Source of the DNA: Bacteroidota bacterium
Lineage (GTDB): Bacteria > Bacteroidota > Bacteroidia > Chitinophagales > Saprospiraceae
Direction of reading: 5' to 3'
Assembly: GCA_024642665.1 (NCBI GenBank)
Contig: JAHEAR010000021.1
Coordinates: 453 to 64,452, forward strand
DNA: 64,000 bases
Made by a program: the position numbers and the translations under genes. Below are positions 29,271 through 40,913 of the stretch, piece after piece. Below the pieces are notes generated by a model. That model did no database searches and was not told where the DNA came from. It saw only the letters and a list, made by a program, of their open reading frames with translations. Numbering within the stretch: position 1 is the stretch's first letter; each line of letters opens with the position of its first letter.

Positions 29271-30137
29271 ATGAAGTCTTACTTCTCCCTTGTCAAATTT
29301 GCGCATACGGTCTTTGCCTTGCCATTTGCGATGCTTGCTTTTTTCCTCGGCATGGCCGCTGCAGGGAGTGGAATCAACTGGGTACTTTTTCTCCTGATCT
29401 TTCTTTGTATGGTGTTTGCAAGAAGTGCCGCCATGGCATTTAACCGCTATGTTGACCGAGACATAGATGCCCTTAATAAGCGAACAGCTATCCGAGAGAT
29501 TCCTTCAGGTGTAATCAAAGCCAAATCGGCTCTTCTTTTAGTCTGGCTATCGTCCATTGCTTTTGTACTCACTACTTTTTGGATAAATACATTATGTTTT
29601 TATCTCTCACCCATTGCTCTTCTTGTTATTCTGGGGTATAGCTACACCAAGCGATTTACCTGGTTATGTCACTTCGTACTTGGATTGGGCCTTGGGCTTG
29701 CCCCTGTAGGTGCATATATCGCAGTGACCGGGAGGTTCGAAGTATTGCCGGTGTTATATGGCATCATGGTCATGCTATGGGTCAGTGGGTTTGATATACT
29801 GTATGCATTACAGGATGAAGAATTTGATCAGACGCACGGTTTGCATTCCGTGCCGGGTCGATTCGGTAAGCAAGGCGCAAAAAATATTTCAATTGTACTG
29901 CACTCTCTTTGTGCATTACTGATCGGATTTCTGGCCTGGTATCAAAGCCAATTGTTTTCCACCTTAGGAATCCTTTCCTGGATAGGCGCTGTAGGATTCG
30001 TGGGGCTATTGGCATGGCAGCACTTTCTGGTTTTTAAGTATGATCTTGCTAAAATTAATCAGGCGTTTTTCGAAACAAATGGAATCGCAAGTATACTTTT
30101 TGGTTCGGCAGTGATATTGGATGTTCTTTTTAAATAA
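29271..30137 (+). CDS. UbiA-family aromatic polyprenyltransferase (4-hydroxybenzoate polyprenyltransferase-like)
   Basis: 288-aa polytopic protein with the Asp-rich motifs NRYVDRDIDALN and YALQDEEFD. Confidence 0.88.
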   Translation: MKSYFSLVKFAHTVFALPFAMLAFFLGMAAAGSGINWVLFLLIFLCMVFARSAAMAFNRYVDRDIDALNKRTAIREIPSGVIKAKSALLLVWLSSIAFVLTTFWINTLCFYLSPIALLVILGYSYTKRFTWLCHFVLGLGLGLAPVGAYIAVTGRFEVLPVLYGIMVMLWVSGFDILYALQDEEFDQTHGLHSVPGRFGKQGAKNISIVLHSLCALLIGFLAWYQSQLFSTLGILSWIGAVGFVGLLAWQHFLVFKYDLAKINQAFFETNGIASILFGSAVILDVLFK

Positions 30138-30163
30138 CTCCGCCCCGCACGTTAAAGGGTTAA

Positions 30164-30751
30164 CTAATTTGTGCTTGTATGCAGGAAGCTCAGGAATTTT
30201 GTCATTGCTTTTGCCCGATGACTGATTGCTTTTTTTACGCTATCCTTTAACTGCCCAAAGCTTTGATCAAAACCTGCAGGAATAAAAACAGGATCATATC
30301 CAAATCCTCCGGAACCCATTGGTGTTAAGCTAATCCGGCCTTCTACCTGACCCTTAAAAAAGTAACATTGTTCTTCATTCATTTGATAAGCAAAGACCGC
30401 TACAAAACGGGCATGTCTGAAAGGGATGTCCCGAAGTTCAAACAGGAGTTTAGCAATATTGTCTTCAGCACTTTTTTGCGGACCCGCATATCTGGCAGAT
30501 AAAATGCCGGGTTGATTGTTGAGCGCTATTACTTCCAAACCACTATCATCTGAAAAAGAAGGAATGCCGGTCTTTTTGAAAGTATATAATGCTTTTGCCT
30601 GCGCATTAGCCTCAAAAGAATCAAAGGGCTCAGGAATGTCTTCAGTCAATTCCACATCATGAAGCCCAAATAATTCATACCTGCCGGATACCATGGCGCG
30701 TACTTCACGTATTTTATTTTCATTATGACTGGCAAAGAGAAGTTGCTTCAT
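30164..30751 (-). CDS. rdgB: non-canonical purine NTP pyrophosphatase (RdgB/HAM1)
   Basis: 195 aa with motifs ASHNENKIRE, DDSGLEV and GGFGYDPVF. Confidence 0.92.
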   Translation of the reverse strand: MKQLLFASHNENKIREVRAMVSGRYELFGLHDVELTEDIPEPFDSFEANAQAKALYTFKKTGIPSFSDDSGLEVIALNNQPGILSARYAGPQKSAEDNIAKLLFELRDIPFRHARFVAVFAYQMNEEQCYFFKGQVEGRISLTPMGSGGFGYDPVFIPAGFDQSFGQLKDSVKKAISHRAKAMTKFLSFLHTSTN

Positions 30752-30755
30752 GGTA

Positions 30756-31223
30756 CTATTTCGATTCCATAAAGCGTTGCATCGCTATCCATAAATCTTT
30801 CTTGGCATTGGAACTCTTCGCGAGAGACCCCAATGAAGCAGTCAGAATAAAAGAGAATCGTTCTAAGGTCAACAGGCCTGTTTTTGGGAGATCAATCCAG
30901 AGACCTAAAGCAGCAGGCGCAACACCAAAACTGATCATCAATTTAGGTTTGGGTCCATCATAGGCTGCCAACGATTTGGTGTCGCCAGAAGCTATTTGGA
31001 GACAATAAGTATCCTGCTCAAAATCGGCATTTAATGCATTGGAGATTTTGGCAAGGAGGGTCTTTTCTTCGTCCCCAGGTTCATTATCGATGATAATCCA
31101 CAGCCATTGGTCACCCGATGGGGGCTTAATGTCAAGGCTTTCAGGTATATTATACGTCGTATACGGTAACATTTGCCAAATTTTGTTGCAAGGTATTGTA
31201 AAATCAAAGAATAAAGTTAGCAA
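30756..31223 (-). CDS. hypothetical protein
   Basis: ORF with no motif I recognise. The alternative ATG at 31172 would leave a longer divergent promoter region with ilvE. Confidence 0.45.
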   Translation of the reverse strand: MLTLFFDFTIPCNKIWQMLPYTTYNIPESLDIKPPSGDQWLWIIIDNEPGDEEKTLLAKISNALNADFEQDTYCLQIASGDTKSLAAYDGPKPKLMISFGVAPAALGLWIDLPKTGLLTLERFSFILTASLGSLAKSSNAKKDLWIAMQRFMESK

Positions 31224-31291
31224 AATCGATATATAACATACTGACTATGAGAAAGTAATGTTTTTTATTATTTTTGTAGCAAATCTAAGAT

Positions 31292-32365
31292 ATGAAGAAC
31301 CTAAACGTAACATTGACTAATGAATCAAGGGTAGGTGAGGTAGATTTTCATAACCTTCCTTTTGGAAAGATTATTTCGGATCATATGTTTCAAATGGACT
31401 ATGATGGCGAAAATTGGGTAAATCCCCGAATATCTCCTGTCGAGAAGATGAGTATTCATCCGATGAACATGGCCCTGCATTATGGTCAATCCATCTTTGA
31501 AGGGATGAAAGCCTCCAGATCAAAAGAGGGTGTTCCTTTATTGTTTCGTCCGGAACTTCATGCCAAACGCATGAATGCCTCAGCCAAAAGGATGTGTATG
31601 CCTGAACTTCCTGAGGAGATTTTTGTGGAAGCTATTCATGCGATTGTAGGGCTGGAAAAGGAGTGGATTCCAAAAATTGAAGGGAGTGCTCTTTATGTGC
31701 GACCATTTATGTTTGCCATGGATGAAATGATTGGAGTCAGAGCATCCTTTACGTACAAATTTATGATCATCTGTTTACCGGTTGGTCCATATTATCCAAA
31801 ACCCATCAAGCTCCTTGTGGAGCAGCACTATATCCGTGCAGCGATCGGTGGGGTAGGTGAGGCAAAGACTTCAGGAAATTATGCAGCAGCCTTATACCCT
31901 TCAAAGCAAGGCCGGGAAAAAGGATATGATCAGTTACTTTGGTTAGATGCTGAAAAGCGAAAGTTCGTTCAGGAAGTCGGTACAATGAATATCTTTTTTG
32001 TTTTCAAAAATGAAGTCGTAACGCCGTCGACTACCGGTGCTATCCTAAAGGGTATCACACGAATGACGGCTATTGAAATCATGAAAGACAAAGGATTGAC
32101 AGTGAATGAACGTGAGCTTTCCATGGATGAAATCGTCAGCAGATATGAAGCTGGTGAATTGATCGAAGTATTTGGAACAGGTACGGCGGCACTTGTAGCC
32201 AATGTGGAAGAAGTCAAATACGGCGACATGTTCCTGCGTTTTGAAAGTAAGAATTGGGATCTTTCCACTTCCATTCGAACAGAAATAAATCAATTGCGCT
32301 ACGGTACGATTGCAGATAAGAAAGGCTGGACTGTTCCTGCTAAAGGAATTGAAATGGCAGTTTAA
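31292..32365 (+). CDS. ilvE: branched-chain amino acid aminotransferase
   Basis: 357-aa class IV aminotransferase pattern (YGQSIFEGMKA, GVGEAKTSGNYAA, EVGTMNIFFV). Confidence 0.92.
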   Translation: MKNLNVTLTNESRVGEVDFHNLPFGKIISDHMFQMDYDGENWVNPRISPVEKMSIHPMNMALHYGQSIFEGMKASRSKEGVPLLFRPELHAKRMNASAKRMCMPELPEEIFVEAIHAIVGLEKEWIPKIEGSALYVRPFMFAMDEMIGVRASFTYKFMIICLPVGPYYPKPIKLLVEQHYIRAAIGGVGEAKTSGNYAAALYPSKQGREKGYDQLLWLDAEKRKFVQEVGTMNIFFVFKNEVVTPSTTGAILKGITRMTAIEIMKDKGLTVNERELSMDEIVSRYEAGELIEVFGTGTAALVANVEEVKYGDMFLRFESKNWDLSTSIRTEINQLRYGTIADKKGWTVPAKGIEMAV

Positions 32366-32404
32366 GCTGTGATTTCCAGGAGGAATAGTGTTTAGAAAGT
32401 TTAG

Positions 32405-32431
32405 CAAAAAGCACCGTAGGTGCTTTTTTTT
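32405..32431 (+). terminator. rho-independent terminator after ilvE
   Basis: 6-bp stem agcacc/ggtgct with a 3-nt loop, followed by a T8 run. Confidence 0.6.
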
Positions 32432-32588
32432 AGCGGGTTTAGCAATAAAATTTCGTGACAAAATCAATCATCGAAGAAATCAAAAAACTAAACGTTTTTA
32501 TCGTTAGATAATAGTACTCAACCTCGATACCGCAAGGCATCGAAACTAAACTTACTCAACACACGGACCATTTACCCCTTTTCTTTTT

Positions 32589-32632
32589 AAAAAAAAATCC
32601 CGCCATCTTAGACAAGAGGCGGGATTTTTTTT
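32589..32632 (-). terminator. rho-independent (bidirectional-type) terminator after groEL
   Basis: Perfect 8-bp stem atcccgcc/ggcgggat, flanked by an A9 run and a T8 run. Confidence 0.75.
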
Positions 32633-32652
32633 ATCCAGTCAGTACCAATGTA

Positions 32653-34302
<1,650 letters not shown>

Positions 34303-34353
34303 TTATTTTGTTAATGTTGAATAGTTAAATGGAGGTTTGCTTTCTATAAAAGT

Positions 34354-34626
34354 TTACCCAATGATGACTAATACGTCATCTTCTCGCATGATCAGATAGT
34401 CAACACCTTCATGGCTCAATTCCTGCCCGGAATATTTTCCATACAGGACAATGTCACCTGGTTTGACAGTCATTTTAACATCTTCCTTTCCAGGACCAAC
34501 GGCTATAACCTCACCGCGTTGGGGTTTTTCTTTCGCTGTATCCGGGATGATAATCCCTCCCTTTGTCTTTTCTTCAGCGGGAGCAGGTTTAATCACGATC
34601 CGGTCATTGATAGGTTTAAGTTTCAT
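34354..34626 (-). CDS. groS: co-chaperonin GroES
   Basis: 90 aa starting [14 protein letters not shown]. The ORF-track start at 34719 adds a non-conserved extension. Confidence 0.96.
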   Translation of the reverse strand: MKLKPINDRIVIKPAPAEEKTKGGIIIPDTAKEKPQRGEVIAVGPGKEDVKMTVKPGDIVLYGKYSGQELSHEGVDYLIMREDDVLVIIG

Positions 34627-34876
34627 AGATTTTAATGATTTTATTGTTGAGTATATATTAAGCATTCCATTACAGGTACCTATTATCATAAGATGTACCA
34701 GTTGGGGTATACCTGACAAAATTTCAGCATTGTTGAGTTTCTCAGACCTGCTATTATATTTTTACTTTCCGATGTGCCGGAATCGCTGCCAATATGACAA
34801 AGGCCTATATGCCCTGTCAAGAAGACGTCAGGGAATCAAAATTGTTGTGATAACTCGATGAAATCGTAAAAAGTGC

Positions 34877-35104
34877 TTACTGGACAAAGAAACTGGCAAA
34901 AACACAAAGACCAAATAGTGCTGCCGTAAGACCCCAGGTCAATTTTTCGATAAAATCAACGGATTTGGCTGCACCGAACATTTGGTTGGCACTCTGCCCG
35001 CCGAAAGTGCTGTCCACACCTCCCCCTTTGGGATTCTGGATTAGAATAACCGCCATCAGGAGGACACAGATAAGGGCAATGATGATTGTGATTAACTTGA
35101 GCAT
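34877..35104 (-). CDS. secG: preprotein translocase subunit SecG
   Basis: 75 aa with two TM helices and the motif LIQNPKGGG. Confidence 0.8.
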   Translation of the reverse strand: MLKLITIIIALICVLLMAVILIQNPKGGGVDSTFGGQSANQMFGAAKSVDFIEKLTWGLTAALFGLCVFASFFVQ

Positions 35105-35119
35105 GACAAAACGATATAA

Positions 35120-36097
35120 TTACTGTAAAGCCTCTATTTTGGCTGCAAAGAAACTACTTTTTTCCGGATATTTTTCAATGAGCTTAAGATACATCTCAAT
35201 GGCCCGCTCCTTATAGCCCTGCGCAGCCAATACATCGGCGTAAGTCTCTGATATAACCTCATTTAAGGCGCCTTTTTCCTGTGACAACGCAAAATCATCA
35301 TCATAGGGGTGCACATAATCAGCACCACCCAGATCCTTCAACCATTGGGTGAATGGCGACAAAGTGAATTTTTCACGGGAAGAGACATTTTTGACAACTG
35401 CTTTTATAACTGCCGGTGTTTGAGTTACTATTTTGACTGGTGAGGTCTTTTTAGTCGGGACTTTTTTAGCAGGGACTTTTTTTGCCGGTGTTTTTCCGCT
35501 CACCACCTTTTTGGCCGGCTTTTTCTTCGCTGCAGCCTTTTTTACTGCAGATTTCTTTAATTTCTCTTTTTTATCCTTTTGCTGTTTTTGAACAACTTTT
35601 GCAGCTTTTAAGATTCGTTTTCCCGGGGTTGGGGCCTTTTTGGTATCCTGTTCATCTTCAGGCAGTGGAGCTATTTCTGAGGATGGCGGTTCAATTGATT
35701 TTGGCAGAATCAGCGCAGCGCTATCATCTTCAAGGGGCGGTTTAACTTCTTTGGTTTTCTTGGGTTTTATCTTCCGGGATGCTTTGGTGTCGGTCTCATT
35801 TGCAGCGCCGGATTCTTCATTTAATGTTTTGACAGGTTTATTCACATCAGCCTTTAAGGTATCAGGAGAAGGTGTGCCCTCGTCATCGGGTGCCAATACA
35901 TTCTCAGAATCCTTACTTTGAACATAAGCAGTAAAGGATGGAAGTAGGTCTTCAAGCGTTTTGGTTGGATCAGGACTAAGTAGTTTAAAAGCATGATCAC
36001 TTTCAGCAAATGAAACACCATTGGCTATCTCAGGATGAAGCGCTTCCGGTAGACCAGGGGTAAGGGTATTTTTAAAATCTTTCTCTTCCATGCGCAA
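35120..36097 (-). CDS. hypothetical protein with Lys/Ala/Pro-rich histone-H1-like repeats and TPR-like C-terminus
   Basis: The central region reads KKAAAKKKPAKKVVSGKTPAKKVPAKKVPTKK. The C-terminal helix pair reads AQGYKERAIEMYLKLIEKYPEKS. Confidence 0.6.
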   Translation of the reverse strand: MRMEEKDFKNTLTPGLPEALHPEIANGVSFAESDHAFKLLSPDPTKTLEDLLPSFTAYVQSKDSENVLAPDDEGTPSPDTLKADVNKPVKTLNEESGAANETDTKASRKIKPKKTKEVKPPLEDDSAALILPKSIEPPSSEIAPLPEDEQDTKKAPTPGKRILKAAKVVQKQQKDKKEKLKKSAVKKAAAKKKPAKKVVSGKTPAKKVPAKKVPTKKTSPVKIVTQTPAVIKAVVKNVSSREKFTLSPFTQWLKDLGGADYVHPYDDDFALSQEKGALNEVISETYADVLAAQGYKERAIEMYLKLIEKYPEKSSFFAAKIEALQ

Positions 36098-36100
36098 GGG

Positions 36101-36616
36101 CTACCAATTTGTAAAGGCCTCGTTAAAAACGTCTTCCAGAATTTGATTAAAGATAATAACGATGAGCTCATCCTGCACCTGTAGAAGGTTTTGATCCGAA
36201 GGGAAGTCAGCAAAATGCGAAAAGGTCTTGGTCCATTGATCCTTTTCATCCAGATTATTCGTATAGTCAATGGCGACATAGATGGTCAGCCGGTTAAATG
36301 AGGTCTGTTCATCCGGCCGAGGAGCCACCGCCATTACGACATAGTTTTCAATCGAACCATTAAATTCAAGATCAGCATCCGTATCAATGTATTTCAATTT
36401 CGACTGCCGGGCCACTTTGTCTTTAAGCTGTTCTTGAAAGGTATTGGCTATTGTTGCAGGGGCATTCTGAGCTTTCTGTTTGAAAGTCCCGACATAAAAT
36501 GTTTTTGCCAGAGGATCTATGCTGTATCCGTTCATGGAAACCTTGCATCCGCATCCCGCTATAACGGGGAGAAAAAGACTCAGTAAAAGTAATCTCAGGA
36601 TGCTATTCATTTGCAA
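36101..36616 (-). CDS. LptE-like lipoprotein
   Basis: It has a signal peptide with the lipobox-like sequence VIAGC. Its size and position between the sigma-54 activator and secG match a neighbourhood I recall in Bacteroidota, but this was not checked against genomes. Confidence 0.55.
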   Translation of the reverse strand: MQMNSILRLLLLSLFLPVIAGCGCKVSMNGYSIDPLAKTFYVGTFKQKAQNAPATIANTFQEQLKDKVARQSKLKYIDTDADLEFNGSIENYVVMAVAPRPDEQTSFNRLTIYVAIDYTNNLDEKDQWTKTFSHFADFPSDQNLLQVQDELIVIIFNQILEDVFNEAFTNW

Positions 36617-36637
36617 TCAGCGGTTAATTTCTTTTGA

Positions 36638-37888
36638 TTAAATATCGTATTGTTTGATCTTTCGGTAGAGGGTTCGTTCAGAAATGCCAAGTTCGATGGC
36701 AGCTTCTTTTCTGCGCCCGCCATGTCGTTTAAGTGATTTTCGGATCATTTCTTTTTCCATATCCTCCAGCGCGAGATGATCGTCGACCACTTCCGTGCGA
36801 TCATATTTTTTCTCATCCAGAATGATAGGTTGCCGATCATTATGTGACGCAGATCCTGAAATTTCCGGGATAGAGGGGCTTTTCCATGGCTCAGGAGCAA
36901 TCACATCGTCATTAGCCATTTGCTTATCAAAAGCATTGAAGCTGATTGTGTCCGGCATCCGAAGATTATTACCGCGAATCAATTCAAATACCAATTGTTT
37001 CAGATCATGTAAGTCTCCTTTCATATCAAAAAGCAATTTGTACAGAATCTCTCTTTCCTGAAGACTGTCCTTGCCTTTTGTAAGTGCGGGAAGATTAGTT
37101 TTGGTGATGTGCGGTGCAATTCCAATGATGGTATCGACATCTATCACTTTATCCTCTGAAAGGACACTCAGCTGCTCTACCAGATTTTTAAGCTCTCTGA
37201 TATTTCCCGGCCAGGGATATTTCATCAAAAGCGTTTTGGACTGTTCATCCAAATGAATCGAATCTGTATGGTAGGCTTCTGCAAAATCAACCGCAAATCG
37301 TCTGATGAGGATAGGGATGTCTTCGATACGTTCTTTTAGACTTGGAATGTGGATGGGAACCGTATTGAGCCTGTAATACAAATCTTCTCTGAACTTTCCT
37401 TGCTGAATAGCTTTCATGAGATCAACATTGCTGGCGGCAATGACACGCACATCGGTTTTTTGCGTCGTGGAGGAACCTACCCGAATGTATTCTCCTGACT
37501 CCAATACACGCAGTAGATAGGATTGGGTGTCCAGGGGCATCTCACTGATCTCATCAAGAAAAATAGTACCGCCGTCCACGGTTTCAAAGTAACCTTTGCG
37601 GTCAGCGGTCGCTCCTGTAAAAGCCCCTTTTTCATGTCCAAACAATTCAGAATTGATTGTCCCTTGCGGTATAGCTCCGCAGTTGACGGCAATAAATTTG
37701 TTATGTTTTCTGGTGCTTAAGGCATGGATAATCTGACTGAAAATTTCTTTTCCGACACCACTTTCTCCGGTGATTAAAACAGTGAGATCAGTCGCGGCAA
37801 CACGAATAGCGGTATTCAGGGCTCTATCATAGACCGCTGATTTTCCGACCAGACCGAATCGTTGTTTGATAGCTGCTATTGAACTCAT
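36638..37888 (-). CDS. sigma-54-dependent transcriptional activator (AAA+ plus Fis-type HTH, no receiver domain)
   Basis: Walker A motif GESGVGKE, GAFTGA loop, and C-terminal HTH AAIELGISERTLYRKIKQY. Confidence 0.9.
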   Translation of the reverse strand: MSSIAAIKQRFGLVGKSAVYDRALNTAIRVAATDLTVLITGESGVGKEIFSQIIHALSTRKHNKFIAVNCGAIPQGTINSELFGHEKGAFTGATADRKGYFETVDGGTIFLDEISEMPLDTQSYLLRVLESGEYIRVGSSTTQKTDVRVIAASNVDLMKAIQQGKFREDLYYRLNTVPIHIPSLKERIEDIPILIRRFAVDFAEAYHTDSIHLDEQSKTLLMKYPWPGNIRELKNLVEQLSVLSEDKVIDVDTIIGIAPHITKTNLPALTKGKDSLQEREILYKLLFDMKGDLHDLKQLVFELIRGNNLRMPDTISFNAFDKQMANDDVIAPEPWKSPSIPEISGSASHNDRQPIILDEKKYDRTEVVDDHLALEDMEKEMIRKSLKRHGGRRKEAAIELGISERTLYRKIKQYDI

Positions 37889-37900
37889 TGAATATAATTA

Positions 37901-39331
37901 TTAGTTAGGCACAATGCGCCCCATCAATGTGGCACTGGTTGCTGATTCAATCAGGACTTGCACATAATCGCCGGGTTTTAAGCCGGGTTGCTTAGGAAAG
38001 ATGATCATTTTGTTCTGAGCGCTCCGTCCTTTAAAATCAAGATTTGATTTTTTCGAATCGCCTTCAATCAGCACTTTGAATGTGTGACCGATATCACGCG
38101 TAAGATTTTTTAGCGAAACTTCACTCTGCATGGCGACAATTTCACTGAGTCGTCGCTGTTTTATTTCTTCAGGTATATCATCTGTGTACTTTCTGGCAGC
38201 CAGTGTACCAGGCCGTTCTGAGTATTTAAACATATAACTCATACTGTAATCTGCCCAGCTGATCATCGACAGAGTGTCCTGATGCTCCTCTTCCGTCTCA
38301 GTGCAGAAGCCAGCGATGATGTCAGATGATATAGCGCAATCCGGTACAATCTTTCTGATCGCTCGAATTCGATCTTCATACCATGCACGATCATAAGTTC
38401 TGTTCATCAACGAAAGGATACGACTGTTACCCGACTGAATCGGCAGATGAATGTAGCTGCAAATGTTTTCGTATCGAGCCATGATGTAGAGAACATCATC
38501 CAGCATATCCTTTGGGTGTGATGTGCTGAAGCGAACACGCAAGTCCGGATGAATAAGCGCTACGAGCTCAAGTAGTTTTGCAAAGGAATATGTTTCATGC
38601 GTTTCCGGATGGATCCATTTGTAGGAATCTACATTTTGCCCCAACAAGGTTATTTCCCGGTAGCCATTATCAAACAGGTGCGTGGCTTCTGATACAATGG
38701 TAAACGGGTCTCTGGAGCGCTCTCTTCCTCTGGTAAATGGAACGACACAAAACGAACACATGTTGTCACAACCCCGCATGATGGAGATAAAAGCAGTCAC
38801 GCCATTGCTTTCCAGGCGAACCGGATTGATATCAGCGTATGTTTCATCCCTTGAGAGGAGGACATTGATTCCTTTATCACCATCATCCACCTGCCCCAGA
38901 AGGTTGGGAAGATCTCTGTAGGCATCCGGTCCAACGACAAGATCCACCAGCTTTTCTTCCTCCAGCAGTGTTTTTTTCAGACGTTCAGCCATGCATCCTA
39001 AAACGCCCACCGTCATACCGGGTCTTCGTTTCTTCATTTTGTCGATGACTCTTAAGCGCTGTCTGACGGTATCTTCTGCCTTTTCCCGGATAGAGCAAGT
39101 ATTCAATAATACCAGGTCTGCGCTTTCTATATCCCTGGTTGGCCTATACTGGCAATCAGATAGAATGGAAGCCACGATTTCACTGTCGCTGAAATTCATT
39201 GAACATCCATAGCTTTCTATATAAAACTGCTTTAGATTTCCATGGTTAATAACCTCTGAATCAGTATTATAGAATGCTTCTCCCTGTCGGGATTCATCGA
39301 TGTTTTTGCTATTGGAAACTGTTGGATTCAT
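37901..39331 (-). CDS. miaB: tRNA (i6A37) methylthiotransferase MiaB
   Basis: N-terminal Cys triad in YGCSMN...NTCSIRE, radical-SAM motif [11 protein letters not shown], and a TRAM-like C-terminus. Confidence 0.94.
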   Translation of the reverse strand: MNPTVSNSKNIDESRQGEAFYNTDSEVINHGNLKQFYIESYGCSMNFSDSEIVASILSDCQYRPTRDIESADLVLLNTCSIREKAEDTVRQRLRVIDKMKKRRPGMTVGVLGCMAERLKKTLLEEEKLVDLVVGPDAYRDLPNLLGQVDDGDKGINVLLSRDETYADINPVRLESNGVTAFISIMRGCDNMCSFCVVPFTRGRERSRDPFTIVSEATHLFDNGYREITLLGQNVDSYKWIHPETHETYSFAKLLELVALIHPDLRVRFSTSHPKDMLDDVLYIMARYENICSYIHLPIQSGNSRILSLMNRTYDRAWYEDRIRAIRKIVPDCAISSDIIAGFCTETEEEHQDTLSMISWADYSMSYMFKYSERPGTLAARKYTDDIPEEIKQRRLSEIVAMQSEVSLKNLTRDIGHTFKVLIEGDSKKSNLDFKGRSAQNKMIIFPKQPGLKPGDYVQVLIESATSATLMGRIVPN

Positions 39332-39384
39332 ATTTTAAAAGGGGATCAAAGATAGAGAATATCTGCCATTTTGGCACATTTTTT

Positions 39385-39528
39385 TGATTTAGTGATGGAG
39401 TGATTTGGTGATTGGGCAGGGAGCATGGGGCATGGGGTGATTTAATGATAAGTGAGTCGCGCTTCGCGCGTCGAAAAGTCTCAGTTCTAAAAATCCCAAG
39501 TCTCAGGTCCATAAGTCACAGGTCTCCA
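39385..39528. repeat. composite short-period array: (G)TGATNNN octamers, 2x CATGGGG, GC hairpin, GTC-phased heptamers
   Basis: TGAT recurs at 39385, 39393, 39401 and 39409. CATGGGG occurs twice at 39424-39437. The hairpin is cgcgc-ttc-gcgcg. The last block reads agtctcaggtccataagtcacaggtctcc. Confidence 0.6.
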
Positions 39529-39584
39529 TTATCTCGATTGTTCCTCAAAAAGGTGGTACTTTTATGGGCTAAAATTTTCCAATT

Positions 39585-40862
39585 ATGAGCACAGAGACAG
39601 TTAAAAAATCAGCCTATTTCATTGACCTGGAAGACAAGTACGGAGCCCATAATTATCATCCGCTGCCGGTTGTCCTAACCAAAGGAGAAGGAGTATTCCT
39701 TTGGGATGCAGAAGGAAAAAAGTATTACGATTTTTTATCGGCTTACAGTGCGGTCAATCAAGGGCATTGCCACCCAAGAATTATAAAAGCTCTGGTGGAT
39801 CAGGCCAGTGAGTTGACGCTCACTTCAAGAGCATTTTACAACAATAAGTTAGGGGTGTATGAGGAATATCTCACTTCATACTTTGGATTTGACAAAGCAC
39901 TCATCGCCAATTCCGGCGTTGAGGCGGTTGAATCAGCCATCAAGCTTTGCCGAAAGTGGGCTTACGAAAAGAAAGGTTTGACAGATCAGTCCGCCAAGAT
40001 AGTTTTCGTTGAGGGTAATTTTCATGGACGAACATTGGGGGTTATTTCTGCTTCAACAGATCCTTTGAGTACCTCTGGATTTGGCCCGTATCTTCCGGGT
40101 ATTATCATAGTTCCCTATAATGATCAGGCGGCCATGGCAGAAGCACTTGAGGATCCGAATGTAGCAGGAGTTCTTGTAGAGCCTATTCAGGGTGAAGCCG
40201 GCGTTGTGGTGCCGGATGCAGATTATCTTCCCTTTATCAGAAAGCAGTGTACTGATAAAAATATCCTCATGATTGCTGATGAGGTACAAACAGGCATCGC
40301 GCGAACAGGAAAACTCCTGGCAACATGCGGTAATTGTAGTTGCGATGGATTTTGTGAAAACCAACCTGAAGTGAAACCTGATATACTTATTCTTGGAAAA
40401 GCCATTTCTGGTGGGGTATTACCGGTTTCCGCCATCCTGGCCAATGACGATGTGATGCTTTGCATTCGTCCCGGAGAACATGGATCTACCTTCGGTGGAA
40501 ATCCACTGGCCTGTGTAGTAAGTATGGCTGCATTGGACGTGATCAGAGATGAACGACTCGATGCCAACGCAGAACAACTTGGAAGGATCTTCAGAGATCG
40601 TATGCGTCGAATGATCGAATCCAATCCGATAGTCACATTAGTGAGAGGTAAAGGACTCCTTAATGCGATTGTGCTGGATGATTCAGAAGAAGGTAAACTC
40701 GCCTGGAATATCTGCGTGCGACTCTCAGAAAATGGGCTATTAGCCAAACCCACGCATGGCAACATTATTCGTTTCTCACCGCCTTTGGTGATGACGGAGG
40801 ATCAGATTCATGAATGTTGTGACATTATTGAAAAAGTCATTGGTGAATTTAGAAAACAATAG
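39585..40862 (+). CDS. rocD: ornithine aminotransferase (class III aminotransferase)
   Basis: 425 aa with motifs [22 protein letters not shown] and ILGKAISGG. It contains a Cys-rich insert, [10 protein letters not shown]. Confidence 0.88.
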   Translation: MSTETVKKSAYFIDLEDKYGAHNYHPLPVVLTKGEGVFLWDAEGKKYYDFLSAYSAVNQGHCHPRIIKALVDQASELTLTSRAFYNNKLGVYEEYLTSYFGFDKALIANSGVEAVESAIKLCRKWAYEKKGLTDQSAKIVFVEGNFHGRTLGVISASTDPLSTSGFGPYLPGIIIVPYNDQAAMAEALEDPNVAGVLVEPIQGEAGVVVPDADYLPFIRKQCTDKNILMIADEVQTGIARTGKLLATCGNCSCDGFCENQPEVKPDILILGKAISGGVLPVSAILANDDVMLCIRPGEHGSTFGGNPLACVVSMAALDVIRDERLDANAEQLGRIFRDRMRRMIESNPIVTLVRGKGLLNAIVLDDSEEGKLAWNICVRLSENGLLAKPTHGNIIRFSPPLVMTEDQIHECCDIIEKVIGEFRKQ

Positions 40863-40913
40863 AGCGAAAAGTATGCTTTGCCCTTAGGGTAGAGCGTTCT
40901 GCAAAAACAATCC

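Noticed and set aside
39372-39388. Sigma-54 promoter-like TGGCAC upstream of rocD, with a sigma-54 activator encoded nearby
   Set aside because: The downstream element is TTTGA instead of TTGC, and it sits one base too far from the GG. This is a single weak match about 200 nt from the start codon, which is not enough to call.
40223-40765. 180-aa minus-strand ORF antisense to rocD
   Set aside because: It is a Ser/Pro-rich mirror-frame product fully inside a conserved aminotransferase gene, with no motif of its own.
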